Shown here one piece after another: positions 36,301-47,324 of a stretch of 64,000 nucleotides of DNA; positions within the stretch are counted from its first letter, which is position 1; every line of letters begins with the position of its first letter. The stretch covers positions 83,268,001-83,332,000 of the forward strand of contig CM059432.1 of the NCBI GenBank assembly GCA_030390025.1, written 5' to 3'. The notes beneath the pieces are model-generated. The model was not told the DNA's origin and made no database searches. It saw only the letters and a list, made by a program, of their open reading frames with translations. The stretch is from Squalus acanthias. Its lineage: Eukaryota. Both the position numbers and the translations under genes were made by a program.

Positions 36301-36540
36301 AGGCTGTTACTGCTCCTCTGGTTAATCCCTCTACTGTCCTTGAATATCTTGATCTCTGGATCCTCCACGCTGAGGCCTTTTTGTAAAGCAAAGTTGTGCA
36401 GCAGGTAGCACTCAACCATGATCCTCGAGACCCATGGTGGACTATAATGCAGAGCAACTGCAAACCCATCTGAAGCACGTCTTCAACATTCTAATTGTGT
36501 GCTCGAGGACAGTGGAAAATGGCACTCACTATAGTGGTAC
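33395..36540. mobile_element. Decayed autonomous Harbinger transposon: spliced Myb/SANT-like gene (+) and transposase C-terminus (-)
   Basis: Plus strand: CHKTINDLTRASK|gtatgg and ttcatag|..KTAPNNSTRKAIGGGRPDLHPLT. Minus ~36515-36385: TVLEHTIRMLKTCFRW..ALHYSPPWVSRIMVECYLLHNFAL, a HARBI1-type C-terminus. Confidence 0.7.
34395..35732 (+). mobile_element. Zenon-like LINE (RT plus 3' end) inserted in the Harbinger relic
   Basis: [27 protein letters not shown] and MFADD motifs; poly-A tail. Confidence 0.85.
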
Positions 36541-36544
36541 TCAA

Positions 36545-37106
36545 CTGCTTAAACATTCACTCCCTGTACCATCGGCGCAACGTAGCTGCAATGTGTGCCA
36601 TCCACAAGATGCACTGCAGCAACTCGCCAAGTCTTCTTCGACAGCACCTCCCAAACCTACAACCTCTACCACCTAGAAGGACAAGGGCAGTAGGCGCATG
36701 GAAACAGCACCACCTGCAAGTTCCCTTCTAAGTCACACACCATTCTGACAATGGGAGCAGTCTCGTCTGTGTCAATTTAATATCTAATCATATCAGTCGA
36801 TTCTGGTTTGTCAGAAAACCGAGTGGATAATTCGCACTGGAGTCTTAACAAATTATTTTTCCTGACACTGCCAGGGTCAGTAATTTTTTTTCTTATTCAT
36901 TCATGGGATGTGGGCATCGCTGACAAGGCCAGCATTTATTGGAAATATATCGCCGTTTGTTAATCGTCACTGGGACAAAATCCTGGAACTCCCTCCATAA
37001 CAGCACTGTGGGAGTACCTTCACCTCACGGACTGCAGCGGTTCAGGAAAGTGGCTCACCACCACCTTCTCAAGGGCAATTAGGGATGGGCAATAAATGCT
37101 GGCCTT
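36545..37106 (+). mobile_element. Rearranged Zenon-like LINE 3' fragment
   Basis: LNIHSLYHRRNVAAMC. An inverted copy of its own 3' tail lies at 36884-36940. Confidence 0.75.
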
Positions 37107-37329
37107 GTATACATGTGCAGAAGGCTGCAAAAGTGTTTTGTGCAAATAATCACAGCGTCAGCAATATCCTTCTTGTGGATGATCACCTAGGCCCAATTAC
37201 CATTTTGTTTGGCAGTTACCCTCTGTCTTGAGGGCTGCAATGTAAATGGACCCCCATGCCCCGTGGGAACAAAGGTGCAATTACTGCAATATTCCCAGTA
37301 TTTTATAATTCATTGTTGAGAATACTCAC

Positions 37330-37411
37330 TTAATCTTTCTTCTTTTCCCAACTTTTTCAGGTGGTGGGTAAGATTAACTTCAGCTGCTTGATGTAAGTGT
37401 GGAGGAGTATC
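37330..37411 (-). CDS. LACTB2: LACTB2 coding exon (82 bp; probably exon 6)
   Basis: ttttcttctccaatag|GAT ACT CCT...AGA TTA A|gtgagt encodes DTPPHLHQAAEVNLTHHLKKLGKEERL. Its phase 0 start matches the previous exon. Confidence 0.93.
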
Positions 37412-38089
37412 CTATTGGAGAAGAAAACCATACATTATATATTGTGTTCCTCTAAGAATAGACCACAATGTTTTTCGACTAAAAAAAAGGGTTGAAAATA
37501 ATTTTGGTTCTTGTATTTGATGTTTATGTCGGCATACATCGCCAACATGGAACACAAATTAATAAATTCTAATTTGAAATGATCAGACTGAGCAATCTCA
37601 ACCCAGTTCCCAGTAGATAAAGGAAGAAACAAAGAAAGAACTTGCATTTATATAGCACCTTCCACGACCTTAGGATGTTCCAAAGTGCTTTACAGCCAAT
37701 TAAATACTTTTGACATGTAGTCACTGTTGTAATGTAGGAAACACAGCAGCCAATTTGTGCACAGCAAGGTCAAACAAACAGCAATGTGATAATCAGATAG
37801 TATCTTTTAGTGGTATTGGTTGAGGGATAAATATGGTCGCGTCTATTTTCAACACCAGAATTCTGATTGGTTCACTTAGAGGACAAGATCAGATTTCTGA
37901 TTGGTCCCCTTGGAGGACAAGACACACCTAGCAGTTTATCTGGAATGTGTAATTAGATCCTGCCTGCCTCGGTAATCAAGTACTTTGCAATGTGTAATTT
38001 GAGCCATTCATTCTGACTGCTAGGCTCCAGATACAGCTCACAGAGAACAGACAGGGCTCACCCTCGCGGGTTAGGATCTTCTACCCCTT

Positions 38090-38640
38090 CCCCCAACAAA
38101 CAAGTTCCTGCCACCACCCCACCCCCGAACAAACTTCTAACCTTCCCACCTCCCCCCCGAGTTTCTGACCTTTTCCCTCCACAACAAGTTCCTGACCTCC
38201 CCTCCCTCCGCCCAAGTTCCTGACCTTCTCCACCTGACCCAAGTTACTGACCTTCTATCCCTCCCCTCACCCCGGTTCCTGACCTTACCCCCACCCTCCA
38301 AGTTTCTGACCTTTTCCCTCCCAAAAGTTCCTGACCTTCTCTGCCCCACTGCCCGCCCCCCACACATTCCTGACCTTCCCCCCACCCCAACGAGTTTCTG
38401 ACCTTTTCCCTCCCCAACAAGTTGCTGACCACCCCCCCCCACCCCACTCAGTTGCTGACCTTCTCCCCCTGCCCAAGTTCCTGACCTCCCACCACCCCCC
38501 CAATAGATGGGGCATTGTGTGGGGGTTACGGATTGTTAACAGGTTTATTGGGTATGAACTGAACAGTGACAGTGGTTCCTGACCTTCTCTTCCTCCCCCC
38601 GCACCCCCACCCCCCGGGGTTCCTGAAGACCTCTCCCCCT
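38090..38640. repeat. Degenerate minisatellite, ~30-35 bp unit with core aagttcctgacctt plus C-runs
   Basis: Repeated gttcctgacctt / gtttctgacctt / gttgctgacc cores. Confidence 0.8.
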
Positions 38641-38729
38641 CCGATCCTCTCTCTTTCCTCCTTTTGATCTTCTCTCTCCCCCCCGATCACCTCTCTCCCC
38701 CCCCCTCCTTTCCCCAGCAGTCTCTCTCC

Positions 38730-41700
38730 CCGTGCCTCTCTCTCTGCCCCCCGTGTCTCTCTCTCTCCCCGTGTCACTCTCTCTCTCTCCCTCCCCGTGT
38801 CTCTCTCTCTCTCTCTCTCCCCCCCCGTGTCTCTCTCTCTCTCTCCCCCCCCGTGTCTCTCTCTCTCTCCCCCCCCCCCCGTGTCTCTCTCTCTCTCTCC
38901 CCCCCCCGTGTCTCTCTCTCTCCCCCCCGTGTCTCTCTCTCTCCCCTCCCCCCGTGTCTCTCTCTCTCTCTCTCTCCCCCGTCTCTCTCTCTCTCTCCCC
39001 CGTGTCTCTCTCTCTCTCTCTCTCCCCCGTGTCTCTCTCTCTCTCTCTCTCCCCCGTGTCTCTCTCTCTCTCTCTCTCCCCCGTGTCTCTCTCTCTCTCT
39101 CTCCCCCCCCGTGTCTCTCTCTCTCTCCCCCCCCCGTGTCCTCTCTCTCTCTCTCTCTCCCCCCCCCCCCGTGTCTCTCTCTCTCTCTCCCCCCCCGTGT
39201 CTCTCTCTCTCTCCTCCCCCCCGTATCTCTCTCTCTCTCTCCCCCCCCCCGTGTCTCTCTCTCTCCCCCCCCGTGTCTCTCTCTCTCCCCCCCCGTGTCT
39301 CTCTCTCCCCCCCCGTGTCTCTCTCTCCCCCCCGTGTCTCTCTCTCTCTCCCCCCGTGTCTCTCTCTCTCCCCCCGTGTCTCTCTCTCCTCTCCCCCCCG
39401 TGTCTCTCTCTCTCTCCCCCCCGTGTCTCTCTCTCTCTCCCCCCCGTGTCTCTCTCTCTCCCCCCCGTGTCTCTCTCTCTCTCTCCCCCCGTGTCTCTCT
39501 CTCTCTCCCCCCCGTGTCTCTCTCTCTCCACCCCGTGTCTCTCTCTCTCTCCCCCCCGTGTCTCTCTCTCTCTCTCCGCCCCCGTGTCTCTCTCTCTCTC
39601 CCCCCCGTGTCTCTCTCTCCCCCCCCGTCTCTCTCTCTCCCCCCCGTGTCTCTCTCTCCCCCCCCCCGTGTCTCTCTCTCTCCCCCCCCGTGTCTCTCTC
39701 TCTCCCCCCCCGTGTCTCTCTCTCTCCCCCCCGTGTCTCTCTCTCTCCCCCCCGTGTCTCTCTCTCTCCCCCCCCGTGTCTCTCTCTCTCCCCCCCGTGT
39801 CTCTCTCTCTCCCCCCCCCGTGTCTCTCTCTCTCCCCCCCGTGTCTCTCTCTCTCCCCCCCGTGTCTCTCTCTCTCTCCCCCCCCCGTGTCTCTCTCTCT
39901 CCCCCCCCGTGTCTCTCTCTCTCCCCCCCCGTGTCTCTCTCTCTCCCCCCCCGTGTCTCTCTCTCCCCCCCCGTGTCTCTCTCTCTCCCCCCCGTGTCTC
40001 TCTCTCTACCCCCGTGTCTCTCTCTCTCCCCCCCCCCCGTGTCTCTCTCTCTCCCCCCCCCCGGTGTCTCTCTCTCCCCCCCCCCCGTGTCTCTCTCTCT
40101 CTCGCCCCCCGTGTCTCTCTCTCTCTCGCCCCCCGTGTCTCTCTCTCTCTCCCCCCCCGTGTCTCTCTCTCTCTCGCCCCCCGTGTCTCTCTCTCTCTCG
40201 CCCCCCGTGTCTCTCTCTCTCTCCCCCCCCGTGTCTCTCTCTCTCTCCCCCCCCCCGTGTCTCTCTCTCTCTCCCCCCCCGTGTCTCTCTCTCTCTCTCC
40301 CCCCGTGTCTCTCTCTCTCTCTCCCCCCGTGTCTCTCTCTCCCCCCGTGTCTCTCTCTCTCTCTCCCCCCGTGTCTCTCTCTCCCCCCGTGTCTCTCTCT
40401 CTCTCTCCCCCCGTGTCTCTCTCTCTCTCCCCCCCCCGTGTCTCTCTCTCTCTCCCCCCGTGTCTCTCTCTCTCTCCCCCCGTGTCTCTCTCTCTCTCTC
40501 CCCCCGTGTCTCTCTCTCTCTCTCCCCCCGTGTCTCTCTCTCTCTCCCCCCGTGTCTCTCTCTCTCTCTCTCCCCCCGTGTCTCTCTCTCTCTCTCCCCC
40601 CGTGTCTCTCTCTCTCTCTCCCCCCGTGTCTCTCTCTCTCTCTCCCCCCGTGTCTCTGTCTCTCTCTCCCCCCGTGTCTCTCTCTCTCTCTCCCCCCCGT
40701 GTCTGTCTCTCTCTCTCCCCCCCGTGTCTGTCTCTCTCTCTCTCTCCCCCCCGTGTCTCTCTCTCTCTCCCCCCCGTGTCTCTCTCTCTCTCTCCCCGTG
40801 TGTCTCTCTCTCTCTCCCCCCCGTGTGTCTCTCTCTCTCCCCCCCGTGTGTGTCTCTCTCTCTCTCCCCCCCGTGTCTCTCTCTCTCTCCCCCCCGTGTC
40901 TCTCTCTCTCTCTCCCCCCCGTGTCTCTCTCTCTCTCCCCCCGTGTCTCTCTCTCTCTCTCTCCCCCCCGTGTCTCTCTCTCTCTCTCTCCCCCCCCGTG
41001 TCTCTCTCTCTCTCTCCCCCCCGTGTCTCTCTCTCTCTCTCTCTCTCCCCCCCGTGTCTCTCTCTCTCTCTCTCTCTCTCTCCCCCCGTGTCTCTCTCTC
41101 TCTCCCCCCCGTGTCTGTCTCTCTCTCTCTCTCCCCCCGTGTCTCTCTCTCTCTCTCTCTCTCTCCCCCCCGTGTCTCTCTCTCTCTCTCCCCGTGTGTC
41201 TCTCTCTCTCTCCCCCCCGTGTGTCTCTCTCTCTCCCCCCCGTGTGTGTCTCTCTCTCTCTCCCCCCCGTGTCTCTCTCTCTCTCCCCCCCGTGTGTGTC
41301 TCTCTCTCTCCCCCCCGTGTCTCTCTCTCTCTCCCCCCCGTGTCTCTCTCTCTCTCCCCCCCGTGTCTCTCTCTCTCTCCCCCCCGTGTCTCTCTCTCTC
41401 TCCCCCCCGTGTCTCTCTCTCTCTCTCCCCCCCGTGTCTCTCTCTCTCTCCCCCCCGTGTCTCTCTCTCTCCCCCCCGTGTCTCTCTCTCTCTCTCTCCC
41501 CCCCCCCGTGTCTCTCTCTCTCTCCCCCCCGTGTCTCTCTCTCTCTCCGCCCCCGTGTCTCTCTCTCTCTCTCCCCCCCGTGTCTCTCTCTCCCCCCCCG
41601 TCTCTCTCTCTCCCCCCCGTGCCTCTCTCTCCCCCCCGTGTCTCTCTCTCTCCCCCCCCGTGTCTCTCTCTCTCCCCCCCCGTGTCTCTCTCTCTCCCCC

Positions 41701-42990
41701 CCGTGTCTCTCTCTCTCCCCCCCGTGTCTCTCTCTCTCCCCCCCCCGTGTCTCTCTCTCTCCCCCCCCGTGTCTCTCTCTCTCCCCCCCCCCGTGTCTCT
41801 CTCTCTCCCCCCCCGTGTCTCTCTCTCTCCCCCCCCGTGTCTCTCTCTCTCTCCCCCCCCCCCGTGTCTCTCTCTCTCCCCCCCGTGTCTCTCTCTCTCC
41901 CCCCCCGTGTCTCTCTCTCCCCCCCCGTGTCTCTCTCTCTCCCCCCCGTGTCTCTCTCTCTACCCCCCGTGTCTCTCTCTCTCCCCCCCCCCGTGTCTCT
42001 CTCTCTCCCCCCCCCCGGTGTCTCTCTCTCCCCCCCCCCCGTGTCTCTCTCTCTCTCCCCCCCCGTGTCTCTCTCTCTCTCCCCCCCCCGTGTCTCTCTC
42101 TCTCTCCCCCCCCAGTGTCTCTCTCTCTCTCCCCCCCCGTGTCTCTCTCTCTCTCCCCCCCCCCGTGTCTCTCTCTCTCTCCCCCCCCGTGTCTCTCTCT
42201 CTCTCCCCCCCCGTGTCTCTCTCTCTCTCCCCCCCCGTGTCTCTCTCTCTCTCTCCCCCCGTGTCTCTCTCTCTCTCTCCCCCCGTGTCTCTCTCTCCCC
42301 CCGTGTCTCTCTCTCTCTCTCCCCCGTGTCTCTCTCTCCCCCCGTGTCTCTCTCTCTCTCCCCCCGTGTCTCTCTCTCTCTCCCCCCCGTGTCTCTCTCT
42401 CTCTCTCCCCCCGTGTCTCTCTCTCTCTCTCCCCCCGTGTCTCTCTCTCTCTCCCCCCGTGTCTCTCTCTCTCTCTCTCCCCCCGTGTCTCTCTCTCTCT
42501 CTCCCCCCGTGTCTCTCTCTCTCTCTCCCCCCGTGTCTCTCTCTCTCTCTCCCCCCGTGTCTCTCTCTCTCTCTCCCCCCGTGTCTCTGTCTCTCTCTCC
42601 CCCCGTGTCTCTCTCTCTCTCTCCCCCCCGTGTCTGTCTCTCTCTCTCTCTCCCCCCCGTGTCTGTCTCTCTCTCTCTCTCCCCCCGTGTCTCTCTCTCT
42701 CTCTCCCCCCCGTGTCTCTCTCTCTCTCTCCCCGTGTTGTCTCTCTCTCTCTCCCCCCCGTGTGTCTCTCTCTCTCCCCCCCGTGTGTGTCTCTCTCTCT
42801 CTCCCCCCCGTGTCTCTCTCTCTCTCCCCCCCGTGTCTCTCTCTCTCTCTCCCCCCCGTGTCTCTCTCTCTCTCCCCCCGTGTCTCTCTCTCTCTCTCTC
42901 CCCCCCGTGTCTCTCTCTCTCTCTCTCCCCCCCCGTGTCTCTCTCTCTCTCTCCCCCCCGTGTCTCTCTCTCTCTCTCTCTCTCCCCCCC

Positions 42991-43021
<31 letters not shown>

Positions 43022-44650
43022 CCCCCGTGTCTCTCTCTCTCTCCCCCCCGTGTCTGTCTCTCTCTCTCTCTCCCCCCCGTGTCTCTCTCTCTCTCTCTCT
43101 CTCTCCCCCCCGTGTCTCTCTCTCTCTCTCCCCGTGTTGTCTCTCTCTCTCTCCCCCCCGTGTGTCTCTCTCTCTCCCCCCCGTGTGTGTCTCTCTCTCT
43201 CTCCCCCCCGTGTCTCTCTCTCTCTCCCCCCGTGTGTGTCTCTCTCTCTCCCCCCCGTGTGTGTCTCTCTCTCTCCCCCCCGTGTCTCTCTCTCTCTCCC
43301 CCCCGTGTCTCTCTCTCTCTCCCCCCCGTGTCTCTCTCTCTCTCCCCCCCGTGTCTCTCTCTCTCTCTCCCCCCCGTGTCTCTCTCTCTCTCCCCCCCGT
43401 GTCTCTCTCTCTCTCTCTCCCCCCCGTGTCTCTCTCTCTCTCTCTCCCCCCCCCCGTGTCTCTCTCTCTCTCTCCCCCCCCGTGTCTCTCTCTCTCTCTC
43501 CCCCCCCCGTGTCTCTCTCTCTCTCTCTCCCCCCCGTGTCTCTCTCTCTCTCTCTCTCTCCCCCCCGTGTCTCTCTCTCTCTCTCTCCCCCCGTGTCTCT
43601 CTCTCTCCCCCCGTGTCTCTCTCTCTCTCCCCCCCGTGTCTCTCTCTCTCTCTCTCCCCCCCGTGTCTCTCTCTCTCTCTCTCCCCCCCGTGTCTCTCTC
43701 TCTCTCTCTCCCCCCCGTGTCTCTCTCTCTCTCTCTCCCCCCGTGTCTCTCTCTCTCTCTCTCCCCCCCGTGTCTCTCTCTCTCTCTCCCCCCCGTGTCT
43801 CTCTCTCCCCCCCGTGTCTCTCTCTCTCTCTCCCCCCCGTGTCTCTCTCTCCCCCCGTGTCTCTCTCTCTCTCTCCCCCCCCCGTCTCTCTCTCTCTCTC
43901 TCCCCCCCCGTGTCTCACTCTCTCCTCCCCGTGTCTCTCTCTCTCCTCCCCGTGTCTCTCTCTCTCCTCCCCGTGTCTCTCTCTCTCCCCCCCGTGTCTC
44001 TCTCTCTCCCCCCCGTGTCTCTCTCTCTCCCCCCCCGTGTCTCTCTCTCTCCCCCCCGTGTCTGTCTCTCTCCGTGTCTCTCTCTCTCTCCCCCGTGTCT
44101 CTCTCTCTCTCCCCCGTGTCTCTCTCTCTCTCCCCCGTGTCTCTCTCTCTCTCTCCCCCGTGTCTCTCTCTCTCTCCCCCGTGTCTCTCTCTCTCCCCCC
44201 CGTGTCTCTCTCTCTCTCCCCCGTGTCTCTCTCTCTCTCCCCCCGTGTCTCTCTCTCTCTCTCCCCCCGTGTCTCTCTCTCCCCCCGTGTCTCTCTCTCC
44301 CCCCGTGTCTCTCTCTCCCCCCGTGTCTCTCTCTCTCTCTCCCCCCCCGTGTCTCTCTCTCTCTCTCCCCCCCGTCTCTCTCTCTCTCTCCCCCCGTCTC
44401 TCTCTCTCTCTCCCCCGTGTCTCTCTCTCTCTCCCCCCCGTCTCTCTCTCTCTCTCCCCCCCGTCTCTCTCTCTCTCTCTCCCCCCCCGTCTCTCTCTCT
44501 CTCCCCCCCGTCTCTCTCTCTCTCCCCCCCGTCTCTCTCTCTCTCTCCCCCCCGTCTCTCTCTCTCTCCCCCCCCCGTCTCTCTCTCTCTCCCCCCCCAT
44601 GTCTCTCTCTCTCTCCCCCCCCGTGTCTCTCTCTCTCTCTCTCTCTCTCC
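38730..44650. repeat. ~5.9 kb satellite, unit GTGT(CT)nCm (~18-35 bp)
   Basis: Directly visible. The plus strand is almost devoid of A. Confidence 0.98.
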
Positions 44651-45039
44651 CCTCCGATTCCCTCTCCCATCTCAGCTTCCCTTTCTCTCCCCTTTCGATC
44701 CTCGATCTTCCGACGACCAGCCACCAATGGATCCCCTGACCACCTCCCACGGAGTCGAGGAAAGTGTGGCCAATGGTGCAGGCCACAACTGGGTACTGCG
44801 CATGCGTGGCTCCGGTATACAGCGTGCATGCGCAGAAGGCTGCAAAGGGGGTCATGCAAATAATCACAGTGGATAAATATTGGCCAGGACACTGGGGAGA
44901 ACTTCCCTGAGGTTAACTGCAGATAGGTTGCAATTAACTCACATTGTTGGGAGTCAGTGAAAGGAGTTTTACTCTGTACATGATTCTGCTTTACCTAACC
45001 TGGGATGACAGGCAAGGCTGCTATTATTGCCCATTCCTA

Positions 45040-45611
45040 TTTAAAAAAAGTTAATTCATGGGATATGGGCATCGTTGGCGTGCCAGCATTTATTGTCCAT
45101 TCCTAGTTGCCCTTGAGAAGGTGTTGGTGGGTCTTCTTAAACTGCTGCAGTCTGTGTGGTGAAGGTGCTCCAACAATGCTGTTATGTAGGGAATTTCAGG
45201 ATTTTGACCCAGCAATGATGAAGGAACAGCGATATATGTCCAAGTCAGGATGGTATGCAACTTGGAAGTGGTGGGGTTCCTATATGCTTGCTGCCCATGT
45301 CCTTCTAGGTGCTGGAGGTCGCGGATTTGGGAGATGCAGCCAAAGATGCCTTGATGAGTTGCTTCTGTATATCCTGTAGATAGTACATATTGCAGCAAAG
45401 TTCGGCCGGAGGTGGAGGGGTGGACATTTAGCTTAGTGAGTGAAGTTACGATCAAGCGGACTGCTTTGTTCTGGAAGGTGTCGAGCTTCTTCAGTGTTAC
45501 TGCAGCTGCACCCATCCAGGCAAGTGGAGAGTGTTCCACCACACTCCTGACTTGTGCGTTAAAGGTGGACACACTTTAGGGAGTCACGAGGTGAGTCACT
45601 CACCACAGAAT
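45040..45611 (-). mobile_element. Zenon-like LINE 3' fragment
   Basis: ORF 45090-45572: AQVRSVVEHSPLAWM... Confidence 0.8.
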
Positions 45612-46127
45612 ACCATCCTGTATTCTAGTCCTCTAGATATAAAGACTAGCATTCCATTAGCCTTTTTGAGTATTTTCTGTAACTGTCCATGACATTTTAA
45701 TGATCTATGTACATGGACTCCCAAGCCTCTTTGGACCTCCACTGTTTCTAGCTTTGCACCATTTAGAAAGTACCCTGTTCTATCCTTTTTAGGTCCAAAG
45801 TGGATGACCTCACATTTGCCTACATTGAAATCCATTTGACACAGTTTTGCCCATTCGCTTAATCTATTAACATCTTTTTGTAATTTTATGCTTCCATCTA
45901 CATTACTTACAATGCCACCTATCTTTGTGTCATCGGCAAACTTGGATATGTGGCTTTCTATCCCATCATCTAAGTCGTTAATAAATACCGTGAATAGTTG
46001 AGGCCCCAACACAGATCCTTGCGGGACACCACTAGTCACATTCTGCCAATTAGAGTACCTACCCATTATCCTTACTCTCTGTCTCCTGCCGCTTAACCTA
46101 TTTCCTAACCAGGTTAATAATTTGCCA
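45612..46127 (-). mobile_element. CR1 RT internal fragment
   Basis: [18 protein letters not shown] and SKFADDTK motifs. Confidence 0.9.
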
Positions 46128-46199
46128 TACAGATCAGGAAGGTCTCAGTTCACTGTTGAGTTAGTTCAACTAATTTGGCACATCAGTAGGGGTGAGAAA

Positions 46200-46628
46200 A
46201 AAAAAAGAAAAAAGGAAGTTGCATTTACATAGAACCTTTATTGACCTCCAGGACATCCCAAAGTGCTTCACAGGCAATGAAGTCTTTTGAAGTGTAATCA
46301 CTCTTGTAATGTACAGAAACCTGGTAGCCAATTTGTGCACAGCAAGGTGCAACTAACAGCATTGAGATAAATAACTAGATAATATGTTTTTAGTGATGCT
46401 AGTTAGAGGATACATGTTGGCCAGAACAGTGCGAGAACTCCCCTGCTCCTCTTCAAATAGTGACATGGGATTTTTTACATCCAACTAAGGCGGCACAGGG
46501 CCTTGATTTAACGTCTCATCTGAAAGATGGCACTTCAGACAGTGCAGAACTCCGGCAGATTACGCACTCAAGTCTCTGGAGTGTGGCTTGAACCAACAAC
46601 CTTCTGACTCAGAGGCAAAACCGCCACC
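46200..46628 (-). mobile_element. Near complete DeuSINE-like SINE
   Basis: tRNA-like head (A box tggctcagtggtgg, B box ggttcaagcc on minus), central domain and L2-like tail. Confidence 0.78.
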
Positions 46629-47175
46629 ACTGAGCCAAGGCTGACACCAGTGTCAATGTCTTTGAATGAGAGAAAAGTTTACTGTGGTTCCTGCTCATGA
46701 CGACTATCCAACTCCCAGAGGTGTACGTGTGTGGACATGAGGTAAAGATAAGATCTCATTTGGTAGATGAACCTTCCCTATTGTTGAACATTCCTTCTGA
46801 CATTTACTGTCAATATCCACACATGATTAATGGCCATTTAGACAAGGAACCAAGAGACAACTGGTGCTTGTGGAATCATATGCAAGCAAGAGGTGAACAC
46901 TTTCAGCAGCAGAAGGCAAAAAGTACTTGAAAAGAGAATTAAAAAAAAAAAATTGTTTAACATTTTATTGCGTACTCGAAAGATATTCTTTAATCAAGAT
47001 AATATCACAATATTGCCATAACTCAGGTTGTCATTTCTTCTGGTTCTCAAATAGAATGATACTGAAGACACTGCACAAGCACAGTTTAGTCACTGAGCTT
47101 AAAACTTATACATTTGGAACAATTAAGGACACTATTATGCCATTATGTTCATATATAAATAAAAATAAAGTTTAC

Positions 47176-47324
47176 CTTATAAACACTTTTAACAAGTTCC
47201 ATTGGGGTGAAATACTTCTCAGCATGCTCCTGAAAAACCTTTAAAATCTGTTGTTCCCTCAAGTTTCTGTGAGATATGTAATCTCTAATTTTATCAGATG
47301 CATGTTGCACAACTGGGCCATGTC
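47176..47324 (-). CDS. LACTB2: LACTB2 coding exon (149 bp; probably exon 5)
   Basis: ttattttgaattccag|GA CAT GGC CCA...GTT TAT AAG|gtaaac. Phase 1 completes the Gly codon from the previous exon. Encodes [50 protein letters not shown] (PGHG motif). Not in the ORF track; found by hand. Confidence 0.95.

Larger units (their letters stand above)
37835..44870. mobile_element. Unclassified non-coding insertion carrying tandem arrays (possibly Helitron-related)
   Basis: Flanked by direct repeat GGATAAATAT (37825-37834, 44871-44880). Unique ~250-bp left end and ~220-bp right end. Confidence 0.6.
37625..44910 (-). mobile_element. DeuSINE-like element split by a 7-kb insertion (pieces 37625-37834 and 44871-44910)
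   Basis: SINE sequence ttgagggataaatat|tggccaggacactggggagaact resumes after 44880 (compare the intact copy at ~46400-46440). Confidence 0.75.

Noticed and set aside
38090..38640. Repeat with variable interspaces, superficially CRISPR-like
   Set aside because: The interspaces are related C-runs, not unique spacers. There are no cas genes and the context is vertebrate.
38526..44892. ORFs of up to ~2100 aa (RERE/GG- or SLSP-rich) on both strands
   Set aside because: They are open only because the satellite lacks A on plus and T on minus. Unit lengths vary without regard to frame, and the array lies in an intron.
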